Assembly (NCBI GenBank): GCA_019057385.1 | Contig: JAHQJS010000007.1 | Span: 128,001 to 192,000, forward strand | Reading direction: 5' to 3' | Source of the DNA: Candidatus Borrarchaeum weybense | Lineage (GTDB): Archaea; Asgardarchaeota; Sifarchaeia; Borrarchaeales; Borrarchaeaceae | Length of the DNA stretch: 64,000 bases | Shown: positions 49,152-60,200 of the stretch, one piece after another | Numbering within the stretch: the stretch's first letter is position 1 | Layout of the letters: every line of letters starts with the position of its first letter | Notes under the pieces: model-generated | What the model was told of the DNA's origin: nothing | Databases searched by the model: none | The model's input: only the letters and a program-made list of their open reading frames with translations | Program-made: the position numbers and the translations under genes

Positions 49152-50535
49152 ACATAATAAAAGAATAGGTTTATCAAAGGTTCTTGTGTGTGGAGGAGGA
49201 ATAGCTGGAATTATCGCTTCGCTTCGTGTGGCAGAGTATGGAGTGGAATGTTATCTAGTTGAAAAAGAGGCGAGTATAGGCGGCCACATGATCCAATACC
49301 CAAAAGTTTTTCCAACTCTTGATTGTTCGCAATGTATCTTAACTCCTAAGCTAGGAGATATTCACGATGCAGAAAATATTCAACTTTTAACCTTATCAGA
49401 AATAGAGGACATCTCTGGAACACCTGGAAATTGGAAAGTAAAGATAAGACAAAAGCCGCGGTTTGTTGATATTCAAAAATGTATTGGCTGCGGAGAGTGC
49501 TTTAACGTATGTCCTATTGAAGTGCCTAGTGAATTTAACCAAGGACTAGGGACAAGAAAAGCAATATACCGACCGTTTCTTCAGGCAGTTCCCAACGTTG
49601 CGGTGATCGACGCAAACGCATGTACCGATTGTGGACTTTGTGAAACAGTATGTCCTTCGAATGCAATAATTAGAGATGATGAAGAAAAAACTATAGAAAT
49701 AGATATCGCTGCAATAATCCTAACAACGGGTTTTGATCTTTATGATCCAAGAATTTTGGGTAGATATCTTTATGGAAAAAATCCAAACGTCCTTACATCT
49801 CTCCAAATGGAGCGAATGCTGGATATAACAGGGCCCACAGGCAGCCGAGTTATTCGCCCAAGTGATGGGAAAGATGTTAAGAAAGTCGCCTATGTGCTTT
49901 GTTGTGGATCAAGGAATGCTGAAGCAGGAGCAAATAAGGACGAGGGTGTTCCATATTGTTCTACTGTATGTTGTCTCTATGCTCTGAAACAAGCTATACT
50001 CCTCAGAAAGTTCGAGATTGAGATTTGGCTTTATTACCTTGATATTCGAGCACCAGGGACTCGATATGAAGATTTTTATCACCATGCACAGGAATTAGGA
50101 GTGAATTTCATCAAAGGCAGAGTTTCTGAAATTATGCCGACACTAAATGGCGATAAACTCCTAGTTCGAGCAGAAGATTTGCACATTAACTGCATAATAG
50201 AAAATGAAGTTGATCTTGCGGTTTTATGTCCACCAGTCTTACCAAGCGAAGGTACGAAGGAGTTGGCACAGAAATTGAAGGTTCCACTAAACGAGTATAA
50301 ATTCATTTTAGAGAGCCATCCGAAATTGGATCCACTTGCAACAAAACGAGAAGGAATTTTCGCAGCAGGTATGGCTACTGGACCAAAAGATATACAAACT
50401 ACAGTTTCCGAAGCAGAAGGAGCCGCAATAAAAGCCATTAATTTTGTACGCGCAAAAGCTATAATAGCTGAGAAAGAAAAAGCCGCAATACATGTTAACC
50501 ATCTTATAAAAGCAAAAAAGGAGAGCGTCGTATAA
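49114..50535 (+). CDS. hdrA: Heterodisulfide reductase subunit A-like FAD/Fe-S protein, lacking the C-terminal ferredoxin domain; start uncertain
   Basis: GGGIAG, KVFPTLDCSQCILTP, two CxxCxxCxxxCP clusters, CCGSR, YCSTVCC, ESHPKLDP, GPKDI. Confidence 0.85.
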   Translation: MQDGVLLNHFGFRHNKRIGLSKVLVCGGGIAGIIASLRVAEYGVECYLVEKEASIGGHMIQYPKVFPTLDCSQCILTPKLGDIHDAENIQLLTLSEIEDISGTPGNWKVKIRQKPRFVDIQKCIGCGECFNVCPIEVPSEFNQGLGTRKAIYRPFLQAVPNVAVIDANACTDCGLCETVCPSNAIIRDDEEKTIEIDIAAIILTTGFDLYDPRILGRYLYGKNPNVLTSLQMERMLDITGPTGSRVIRPSDGKDVKKVAYVLCCGSRNAEAGANKDEGVPYCSTVCCLYALKQAILLRKFEIEIWLYYLDIRAPGTRYEDFYHHAQELGVNFIKGRVSEIMPTLNGDKLLVRAEDLHINCIIENEVDLAVLCPPVLPSEGTKELAQKLKVPLNEYKFILESHPKLDPLATKREGIFAAGMATGPKDIQTTVSEAEGAAIKAINFVRAKAIIAEKEKAAIHVNHLIKAKKESVV

Positions 50536-50537
50536 AA

Positions 50538-50753
50538 ATGGGTTATTGGGGTTTTTTTGGAAAAGGAAAATTAAAGACATCAAAAAAACCATCCAAAAAA
50601 CTTGTGAGACTTGCAACCACCGTCTATGAGACGGCTTTGTGCGCAAAACGTGACACATTAGAAGGATCTCAAATGGACGACTGCTCTTGGCTTAGTTATC
50701 TAATTGAAAGGGGTCTAGAAAAAATCGAACATTGGAAGGAACTCTGGAAATAA
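50538..50753 (+). CDS. Small hypothetical protein
   Basis: 71-aa ORF starting 2 nt after the hdrA-like stop. Confidence 0.4.
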   Translation: MGYWGFFGKGKLKTSKKPSKKLVRLATTVYETALCAKRDTLEGSQMDDCSWLSYLIERGLEKIEHWKELWK

Positions 50754-50861
50754 GTAAGCATTTAATGAAGGGTATCCTCTTTAAAGGATAAGAGGAAAGA
50801 ATAAACAAAGAGGAGAACACCTCTTTAAGTCATTAATCACGAAAAGAATGAGGAATGCCAT

Positions 50862-53294
50862 ATGGCAGATAATTTTGTGACGCTTAGAGGCGAAAAGTAT
50901 TATGTAAAAAAAGGCGAACTTGACCTTCGAGATAAAGAAATTGTTGATCTCACCAAGGTCAAGGGACTAAAGCACCTTACTAACCTCAAAAAACTAGATC
51001 TTAGTCAGAATCAGATTAAAGAGATCAAAGGGTTGGAACACCTTACGAATCTCCAAGAATTGTATCTTGGTAGTAATCAGATAAGAGAGATTAGTGGATT
51101 GAAGACACTCTCTCAATTAAAACTACTGTGGCTTAATTATAATAAAATAAAAGAGATCAAGGGATTGGAATTTCTTAAGCGTCTACGAATGCTATATCTT
51201 TGTTGTAATCAGATAAGAGAGATTAAAGGATTGGAGTATCTTAGAAATCTTCAAAGACTCTCACTTTGGGCAAATAAAATAGATGAGATCGAAGGACTGG
51301 AGTATCTTGTCAACTTAAAAGTACTGGATCTTAGTCGTAACCTGATAAAAGAGATCAAGGGATTGGAGCATCTCGAAAATATCCAGGAAATAGACCTTGA
51401 TGGTAATCCGATAAGAAACGATGAACTACCTTTACTGAAGAAGAGTGCGCAGGAAGTCGTAAGATACTGCCAAGATAAAAAATGTGACAAAATAAATTTG
51501 CCATTTGTGACAGTTAAAGGAAGAAAGTATTCTGTCATATACGGCAACTTAAACCTTAGTAAGATAGGGCTAGCTGATATTACGGAAATCAGGGGGTTGA
51601 AGGCTCTCACTGAACTAAAGGTACTAGATCTTAGCCGTAATGATATAAAAGGACTTAGAGGGTTAGAAGCACTCGCTCAACTAGAAATACTAGATCTCAG
51701 TAGTAATCAGTTAGAATTGATCACAGGATTGGAAGATCTAACTAATTTACAGAAATTAGTCCTTCGTAATAATCAGATAGAAGAGATTAAAGGACTGGAG
51801 CATCTCTCGCAACTCCAAGAACTATATCTTAATGGAAATCAAATAAAGGAAATAAAACGATTGGGTGACCTTACCTGCCTACAAATATTGGATCTTAGTA
51901 ATAATCAGATAGAAGAGATTAAAGGACTGGAGCATCTCTCTAACCTACAAGCATTATATATCGGAAAAAATCAAATAAAAGAGATCAAAGGATTGGAGTT
52001 ACTTTCTAACCTCGAAGTACTGGATATAAGTCGAAATCAGATAGAAGAAATCAGGGGGTTAGAAAATCTCTCCAACCTAGTAATAGTGGAACTTGGAGGC
52101 AATCCAATAGGCAATGCCGAACGTGTATACGCTTTTGGGATGTCCCCATGGGAGATTGTGGAGTATTGCCAAGTAAAAGCAGGTCAAGTTGAAGCAGAAG
52201 AAGCATTTGTGACAGTTAGGGGGGAAAAGCACTATGTCAAGCATGGTACACTAGACCTTCATGCCAAAGGAATTACTGATACCGCCGAAATCAGAGGATT
52301 AGAACAACTTACGAATCTCCAAAACTTGGGTCTTGGTGGTAATCAGATCAAAGAAATTAGAGGATTGGAAACCCTCAAAACCCTAAAAAGACTGGCATTA
52401 TGGTCCAATCAGATAGATGAAATCAAGGGTTTGGATTTCCTTACTGAGTTAGAAGTACTAGATCTCAGCCGTAATAAAATAAAAGAGATTAAGGGTTTGG
52501 AAACGCTCATTAACCTAAAGACGCTAGACCTCAGGAATAATCAGATAGGAGAGATCAAAGGACTGGAGCCTTTAACTAATTTGAAAGTATTATTTCTTTT
52601 TAATAATCGGATAGAAGAGGTTAAAGGATTGGAACATTTCATTAATCTAAAACATTTAAACCTTTTTCTCAATCCGATAAAATTTGGCGAGAGACCTATA
52701 TTAGATAAAAACGCTCAAGAAATTGTAAAATACTGTCAAGATAAAAAAGAGGAAAAATTAGAATTTGTAAAGGTCAAAGAGGAAAAATATTATGTCATAT
52801 ATAGTACACTAGACCTTCACGGCATAGGTCTCACTGGTATCGACGAGATCGAGGGTTTGGAGCAACTGGATCATATTAAAAATCTAAATCTTTGTTGTAA
52901 TCAAATAACAGAGATTAAGGGATTAGATCACCTCTTCAACCTAGAAACATTATATCTTGATCATAACCTGATTGAAGAGATTAAAGGCTTATATACACTC
53001 TCTAATCTTCGAAGTTTATCCCTTAGTGGCAACCAAATAAAAGAAATTGAGGGATTGGGGAAACTCACGAAGCTCACAACGTTATATCTCGATCGTAATC
53101 AGATAGAAGAACTCAAGGGATTGGAACACCTCGAAAATTTGCAAAAGTTGCATCTATTTGGTAACCCTATACTAGACCGCGATGTGATGGAGTTATTAAC
53201 GCATAAAGATGCAGAGTTTGACGCGCAGGAACTTGTAAGATATTGCCAAGAAAAAGAAAGCGTGGCTAAAATAATCGGAGCTGATTCTAATTGA
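50862..53294 (+). CDS. Leucine-rich-repeat protein with four tandem capped SDS22-like LRR modules
   Basis: 22-aa LxxLxLxxNxIxEIxGLE repeats; FVTVxGxKYxV N-caps and NPI...QE[VI]VxYCQ C-caps, each four times. Confidence 0.93.
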   Translation: MADNFVTLRGEKYYVKKGELDLRDKEIVDLTKVKGLKHLTNLKKLDLSQNQIKEIKGLEHLTNLQELYLGSNQIREISGLKTLSQLKLLWLNYNKIKEIKGLEFLKRLRMLYLCCNQIREIKGLEYLRNLQRLSLWANKIDEIEGLEYLVNLKVLDLSRNLIKEIKGLEHLENIQEIDLDGNPIRNDELPLLKKSAQEVVRYCQDKKCDKINLPFVTVKGRKYSVIYGNLNLSKIGLADITEIRGLKALTELKVLDLSRNDIKGLRGLEALAQLEILDLSSNQLELITGLEDLTNLQKLVLRNNQIEEIKGLEHLSQLQELYLNGNQIKEIKRLGDLTCLQILDLSNNQIEEIKGLEHLSNLQALYIGKNQIKEIKGLELLSNLEVLDISRNQIEEIRGLENLSNLVIVELGGNPIGNAERVYAFGMSPWEIVEYCQVKAGQVEAEEAFVTVRGEKHYVKHGTLDLHAKGITDTAEIRGLEQLTNLQNLGLGGNQIKEIRGLETLKTLKRLALWSNQIDEIKGLDFLTELEVLDLSRNKIKEIKGLETLINLKTLDLRNNQIGEIKGLEPLTNLKVLFLFNNRIEEVKGLEHFINLKHLNLFLNPIKFGERPILDKNAQEIVKYCQDKKEEKLEFVKVKEEKYYVIYSTLDLHGIGLTGIDEIEGLEQLDHIKNLNLCCNQITEIKGLDHLFNLETLYLDHNLIEEIKGLYTLSNLRSLSLSGNQIKEIEGLGKLTKLTTLYLDRNQIEELKGLEHLENLQKLHLFGNPILDRDVMELLTHKDAEFDAQELVRYCQEKESVAKIIGADSN

Positions 53295-53542
53295 TTGTTC
53301 ACGTCTTCATATTGTCAATATAAACGCCTTATCACTCTTAGGTGGCTCTACGCATAAGTATACAAAGTAGAGTTTTAAACGGCGATCATTTTTTTTAAAT
53401 TGTCTAGAATAGTTTGAATAATAAAAGAGCGGTCTATTTCAGTCTTTAAAAAATTGTTTAAGTTATTCAACCAAAACCCTTAAATAATTAAATATAATTA
53501 GCCAACTCATTAAATATAATTATTATTTCTCAGTGATAAAGA

Positions 53543-54295
53543 ATGGAGCCTTTATATTTCTTCATATTTCTTACAACTATCTCATTTTTATGCGAATATG
53601 TAGATTCCTCTTTAGGCATGGGTTATGGGACAACGCTTACACCTCTCCTTCTATTTATGGATTTTGAGCCATTGCATATTGTTCCAGCTGTTCTCTTATC
53701 AGAATTTGCAACAGGTTTTACTGCAGGGTTTTTACACAACAAGTTAGGGAATTGTGACTTTAAAAAGAACTCAGAAGATTCACAAGTAACATTAGTTCTC
53801 GCTTCATGTAGTATTGCGGGTACGATAATCGCCGTCATGCTTGCATTGACTCTCTCTAAACTCTTTGTGAGTATGTATATTGGAATATTAGTGCTTTCAA
53901 TGGGTCTCTTGATTATTGCAAACATTTCTTGGATTTTTTCGTGGAAAAAAATTGTGGGGATTGGTGTTCTTGCAGCCTTTAACAAAGGAATAAGTGGCGG
54001 AGGATATGGGCCACTGGTTACAGGTGGACAAGTTATCTCTGGACGAAATTGTAAAAATTCGATAGGTAGCACTTCTGTCGCAGAAGGTCTAGTTTGCTTA
54101 GTTGGTATCCTTCTTTATGCATTTACTATTTCAATAAATTTTGTTCTCGCAATACCTCTATTGATAGGCGCCCTTTTCTCTACTCCTGTTGCCTCAATTA
54201 CAGTGAAAAAAATTAATGTAGAAAAATTAAAACGCGTTATTGGCATTGTAGTAGTAACTCTTGGTATTTTCACTTTATTAAAAGTTCTTCTCTAA
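53543..54295 (+). CDS. TSUP (TauE/SafE) sulfite-exporter-family transporter
   Basis: DSSLGMGYGTTLTP, FNKGISGGGYGPLVTGG, SIGSTSVAE. Confidence 0.88.
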   Translation: MEPLYFFIFLTTISFLCEYVDSSLGMGYGTTLTPLLLFMDFEPLHIVPAVLLSEFATGFTAGFLHNKLGNCDFKKNSEDSQVTLVLASCSIAGTIIAVMLALTLSKLFVSMYIGILVLSMGLLIIANISWIFSWKKIVGIGVLAAFNKGISGGGYGPLVTGGQVISGRNCKNSIGSTSVAEGLVCLVGILLYAFTISINFVLAIPLLIGALFSTPVASITVKKINVEKLKRVIGIVVVTLGIFTLLKVLL

Positions 54296-54421
54296 ATTGG
54301 ATTTGAGATCTTAGTTTGCTAATTTAAGAACTAGAAAGTCGTAACATAAACCAGTAGTTCACTTCTAGGTACGTTATTTTTGAATTTCGAAAAGAAAGAA
54401 GATACTAAATTCCTGGGGTGG

Positions 54422-54619
54422 TTAACAGTTATTGATTTTATATACAAAATAGACAACTATAGACAGTTCTTTCACGGGCAAGGGTTTCCACAGTGGCACG
54501 TGAGAGGCGTGGTGTCTCTTGACACTCTTATATAGATCAATAATAACTTCGGAGGAATCAATAACATCGATTTCAAGAAACCCGGTATCCTTGAAGTATG
54601 AATCCAGAACTTCTAAGGA
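54422..54619 (-). pseudogene. Start-less 3' gene fragment abutting the truncated receptor gene
   Basis: Open frame SLEVLDSYFKDTGFLEIDVIDSSEVIIDLYKSVKRHHASHVPLWKPLPVKELSIVVYFVYKINNC*; the overlapping + frame looks like antisense translation. Confidence 0.35.
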
Positions 54620-56792
54620 TACATTAAACGAATGGGATACTCTAGGCGCTTTTCAATACGAATCATCTCCGGGCTGGAATGTATACCCCCTTAATAAAAG
54701 TCGCCATCTTTTGGGAACTGGACAAGATACTTTTACGATACGATACCGTGATACACAACCAGATGGAAATCCTCCTACTATTCTTATTGACGTTGTTGAA
54801 GTGAGGACATTTTCTGATCCCGCCTCTTATGACTTAGATCTGTATTACGTCTTCAAATGGGCTGAAACTGGGAATGAAAAGAATATAAGCATTTATGATG
54901 TGAGGTACGGAAATCAAGATATAGAATTGTGTATTAAAGATTTTGATGGTAATCAATGGGTGTCTATGCCGCCTAATGCTACTTCTATTGAGGCTGCTTA
55001 TACAAATCATACATATATTATTAATACTAACCTCGGAAGTTATATTAGCGGGACTAACGAAATTTGGATAAGATATAATGAGATAGATAGTTCAAGCTCA
55101 GCATCATTAAACGTAGACTACTTAGGAGTGAATATTCATTGTGTTACAGGAATAAACCAACAAGCAGATATTGTATACGATTTTGAGGATTTCCCGGGCG
55201 ATAGGATAGCAGTCACGCAAATCAGGGTTCATGATTCTTCATTCGTAAATGATTCATCCGCGAACATTGAAGTACAACTTTTTGATTATGCAAATTATCA
55301 GTGGGTTTCCTGTTTTAATATAAATGAAACCATCGAAACCTCTCATACAGCCACTTTTTCCTCATTTCCTAGTAATTTCATCAGCAGTAACCCTGGAAAT
55401 ATTCAAATTCGTTACGTATTCAATGGTAATATGCCTGTCATCGTGAATGTGGATTATTTACAAGTTGATATTACTTCCACAAGCCAGAATGGGGGAGGTG
55501 GAGGAGGAGGCATAGATGGTGGTGATGACAGTGGTGACAGTGGAAGTGGAGGGAATGGAGGAGGAACAAGCCAACAAACTCTTATCTCGTCTATCGTTTA
55601 TCCCGAAGAAATAGAAAAATACTGCGACGCTGAGGTTGACGTGATTCTAACCGACGAGGAAGGTTCTTTTGTAAGCAATGCAAATGTTACGCTTACCATT
55701 GAAAACATCACAGAACCTCTTTCTATGATTGAAAAAGATGATTATTACACGATTCTAATTGATACTGACAATCTTGACACTGGAAATTACAACTTTACAG
55801 TTTATGCAATAAGATCTGGATATAAAGATTTTATCTCATCCGCATTTCCATTTAGAATTATTGTTTCTTATCCGTTTTTAACTGCGATTCAGCACCCTTC
55901 ATATTTCTTACAATTGATGGAAAATCCAACCTCTTTGTTATTAGATCCGACATTCTATATTATACCTTCTCTAATTTTGTTTGGAATAACACTTCAAGTC
56001 ACGACTTTTGCGCAAATCAACCCGAAGAAACTTCATTCAATTTATATATTTACATCTGGAGGCCATGGCATTTATTACAGATCCTTCGGCAGAGAAGGAG
56101 TTGATAGTCCATTAATGAGTGCTGCGCTATCGGGAATTGTAAATCTTGTCATGGAAGCAACTCAAAGCGAAAAGCCAACTCACACAATAGATCAAAAAAC
56201 CTTTGATATATTTCTAGAATATGGACGCGTTCTTACGGTAGCTCTCTTTGTTGAAAAAGGAACTTTGAATAAAAGAAAAATACGAAATGCAGAAAAAAGA
56301 TTGGTAGAATAGATTGAAATGAAGTATGAGAACATTCTCATGAACTGGAATGGTGATTTAAGTTTCTTTTATGAGTTGGATCAACTTGTGTTTGATACCT
56401 TTGACTTTAGAGTGACAAAAGACTTGACGAAACTGATATTTGATGCCGCAAAGGTGCAAGAAAGTATTGTAGAATTATACGCGAGCCAGGAGAAGTATCA
56501 AATTTGTGGTGCTGCCTTATGGAAAGCCTACGACTTACACGCTAAAATCAACAGTCCGCGCAAGCGCTTTGTCTTAGAGAGTTGGCAGGCACTTGAGAAG
56601 GCATTTCTCGTAGATCATATTCCGCCTAAAACTGAGTTACAGCATCAGTTATTAAATCTATTTTTTGCCATACTGGATTTGGTAAAAACTCCTTGGCTGC
56701 TTAAAATTCTTTTTAAAATTCGGGGTTTGATATATCCTGAGGTTTCAAAGGAGCTATATTACTTCATCCCTCCAGAAAAGATATTGAAATAA
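54519..56792 (+). pseudogene. 5'-truncated paralogue of the receptor-longin protein with one in-frame TAG at 56310-56312 (pseudogene or Pyl read-through)
   Basis: ORFs 54519-56312 and 56319-56792 are in frame. KRLVE*IEMKYENIL aligns to the paralogue's KQLIDNIERRYSHVL. Similarity begins only near 54620 and there is no signal peptide. Confidence 0.65.
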
Positions 56793-57216
56793 ACAGATAA
56801 AGGCATATAAGAAGGTTTTAGTTCAGTTATTTGGAAAGAAGTAAATTTAGGTATTCAATACAAATGCGTTTAAAGATTTCTTTTAGACATAAAAGTAGTA
56901 AAATCGCATTTTACAATTTTTTAATTTCATCTACAATATCTAGTTGTGTTGATTTGCGGAGAGTTTTACTATAACGCTAAAATATAGTATCTATTTATTG
57001 ACATATAGAAGAATTGCTTAAAAATGCGCGCACCCAATTAAAACCTATATCTTGAAAATGAAATAATTACACCAAAATTGATTTTAGGCAGTTTTTCGTG
57101 GTATTTACTGAATAACCTAAAAATTTAAAAAATATGTTGTGCACTCGGCATTACTTCATAATCCTTTCATTTAATCTTAAAAAGCAGAATCGGAGTCTAG
57201 TAAGAGGGACAATACG

Positions 57217-60200
57217 TTGAAGTCGTTCCGTAGGATATGTCTCACAGCAACTGTTCTAGTTGTTTTATTTTTACTGATAGGACTCCCTAATAATGCTGCT
57301 AATTATTCATCTGATACTACTCGTACACTTACAATGCAACCTAACGTTTCGCTAGATCAAACTGCTGACAGTTATGGTCAAGGAGAACTCTCTACTTTTC
57401 AAACATCGCCAGATCATCTAAAAGTGCAAAGTAGCCAATTAACCGTTGGGATACAATCTGGTACTACGAGTGTAACTCTCTTTGATTATGACGACGAATA
57501 TCAGCTGATTGACTCTCAATATATTAATACAGAGACAGCAACAGGCAAAACATTTACACAAGGTTCAGATGGCGGCGAAGATGAATCAGAGACAATCACG
57601 TATGATGGTAATTACGATTATAATTACCCTCTAGTATCCACTACTTTACAGGAAGTTCTTTACGAAACAAATGTAACTGGTACGACCACAGGGGTTACTG
57701 GCGCAACACTCGATGCTGCTGATGCTTCATTTGAAACGCTAAATGAAGACACTACTTATGGTTCAATACCAACAGAAATTGGTGAGCTTCATACAACTGA
57801 AGATCAAATAATATATTACACTTGGTTTGATGATGGAGATGTCCTTGGTGTAAAACCAGGTAAGAGAATGCACATAACTTCATGGGACACAACAACTATT
57901 TCTGGAACAATTACATCTGTCGAACTTTATGTGAAGTATAGTGTAGAATCAGGTTGTGGCAATTCTAATTATATTGAATATAATTCAACTACCTTCGATT
58001 GGAAAAGTACAGGTATGAAACCGGTGGATGGACAAGTCAATTTTGTAAATTCATCAACTTTAGTGGGTATCGATACTATTAATAAACTTCAGAACATAAA
58101 TGTTAGGTTCTTGAATAACGATTCAGGCAGCAAAGAATATATAAATTTTGAGAAAATTTGGATAGTCGTAACGGTTTCATCTCCAGTATACAGATTAAAT
58201 GTAATGCAAGAAATTACTGGAGTTTCCCCCACAGCAGGCACGAATAAAATATGTATTTATGGCAAAAGAGGTGGTACTGAAAATATTACTGTACAAGTCT
58301 ATAATACGGATGCACAATGGGAAACTATTACACAAATCAATTCTGCCTCAGCAGGTTGGTATAATACCACGATAAATTCTTCAACACAAATCATAGATGA
58401 CAGTTATATCTTCATACGCTATTTAGATACAGTGTCAGCTTCGGATTTTGCTCAAGATAGTGCTGAAATTGATGCTGCCTTATTTGAATCGACTGGAGCG
58501 GCGCTAGATCTTTATTATACTTTTTCATGGGCGGGTGATGAAGCTTTAGCGGATGTAGCAAATATTAGTGTGTATGATGTAAGTAAAGGCGACCAAGATA
58601 TGAGAGCGTATATCCGGGACTTTCAAAATGGTCTGTGGATTTTATTAAACGTTGATATAGATTCTACGGTTTCAAACCATAGCGACATTATAAGCACTAA
58701 TCCTGAGTATTATCTTGAGGATGGTACTGGTGCGATTTGGGTTCGCTATGTACAAACATCTAGCGGCAGTACAGCAACTTTGGATGTAGATTATCTAGAA
58801 GTAAATGTTCATAGTTCATCTACCACAGGTGCTGCTCCTCTTGGTGACTGGGAAATTGATATGGTCTATAATATTCAAGATTTTACAGGTGATAGGTCAT
58901 CAGTCACTCAAATTACTGTTGTTGATTACTCAAATGTAACTAACCTTGGAGATATTGTAGAAGCGAAGATATATGATTACACAAATACTCGATGGGTTAC
59001 CTGCTTTTTAATTGGGGAAGACAATGAAACACAACATAGTGAAACTTTTTCCTCATCAGCAAGTAATTATATCAGTAGTAATCCTGGAGATATTCAAATT
59101 CGTTATATACTCAGCAGCGGTAGTAGCCTCAGTTACAGTTTGAATTATTTAGAAGTGATAGTTGAAACCGGCGATGATGGAGGCGGTGGTGATGGCAGTA
59201 ACGGTGGCGGCGGTGGTGGAGGCGGAGACAGTGGTGGAACCACAATCATAAGGACACTAAGTGCACAAATCACCTATAATGAGGAAACAGAAAAATATGT
59301 CCCAGCTGAAATCGATGTGACTTTAGCCGATGACGAAGGAACATTTGTAAGCAACGCAAGTGTTACTCTCACATTCGGTAACGAAATAGAGTCTTATGAG
59401 TTGGAAGAAAAAGAGGGACAATACAGACTACTCCTTGAAACAGATACGCTCGACACAGGTAATTATACTTTTACAATTTCGGCTAAAAAAACAGGATTTA
59501 GAGACTTTCTCTCCTCAGCGTTTCCGTTTAATATCGTAGTGAAATATCCCTTTGCAACTGCTGTCCAATATCCTGATTATTGGCCAGAATATAGATCACA
59601 AGCAATAGAGAACCCCCTTTCTGTACTGATAGACCCCTCGCTCTATGTTCTTCCTGCCATCGCTTCAATTCTAATTACCCTTCAGGTCACAACGTTTGCA
59701 GCAATCGATCCACGAAAACTTCGTTCAATTTATATATTTACAAATGAGGGTCAAGGTCTCCATTACAGAACCTTTTTCGAAGAAAAAGGAGGCGTCGATA
59801 GCCAATTAATGAGTGCCGCGCTGTCTGGAATTGTAAGTCTCGTAATGGAAGCCACCCGTAGTGAGAAACCCCTGCGGACAATCGATATAGAAACCTTTGA
59901 AATTTTCTTGGAATATGGGCAATATGTTACTATAGCCACTTTTGTTGGCAAACGAATCTTTTACAAAAGGAAAATACGCAGAGAGCAAAAACAATTGATA
60001 GATAATATTGAAAGAAGGTATTCTCACGTTCTTTCGAACTGGGATGGTGACCTTAGTCACTTTTATGAGATGAATCAACTTGTTTTTGATGCCTTCGACT
60101 TTAAATTAACAAAAGACTTATCAAAGTTGGTCGAAGGAGCGGCAAGAGTTCAATTAGACCTAGTATCTTTATATTCGATGCAAGAGAAGTTTCACATGAG

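Noticed and set aside
50862-53294. 66-nt periodic repeats as a CRISPR array
   Set aside because: They are in-frame LRR codons without unique spacers, and there are no cas genes.
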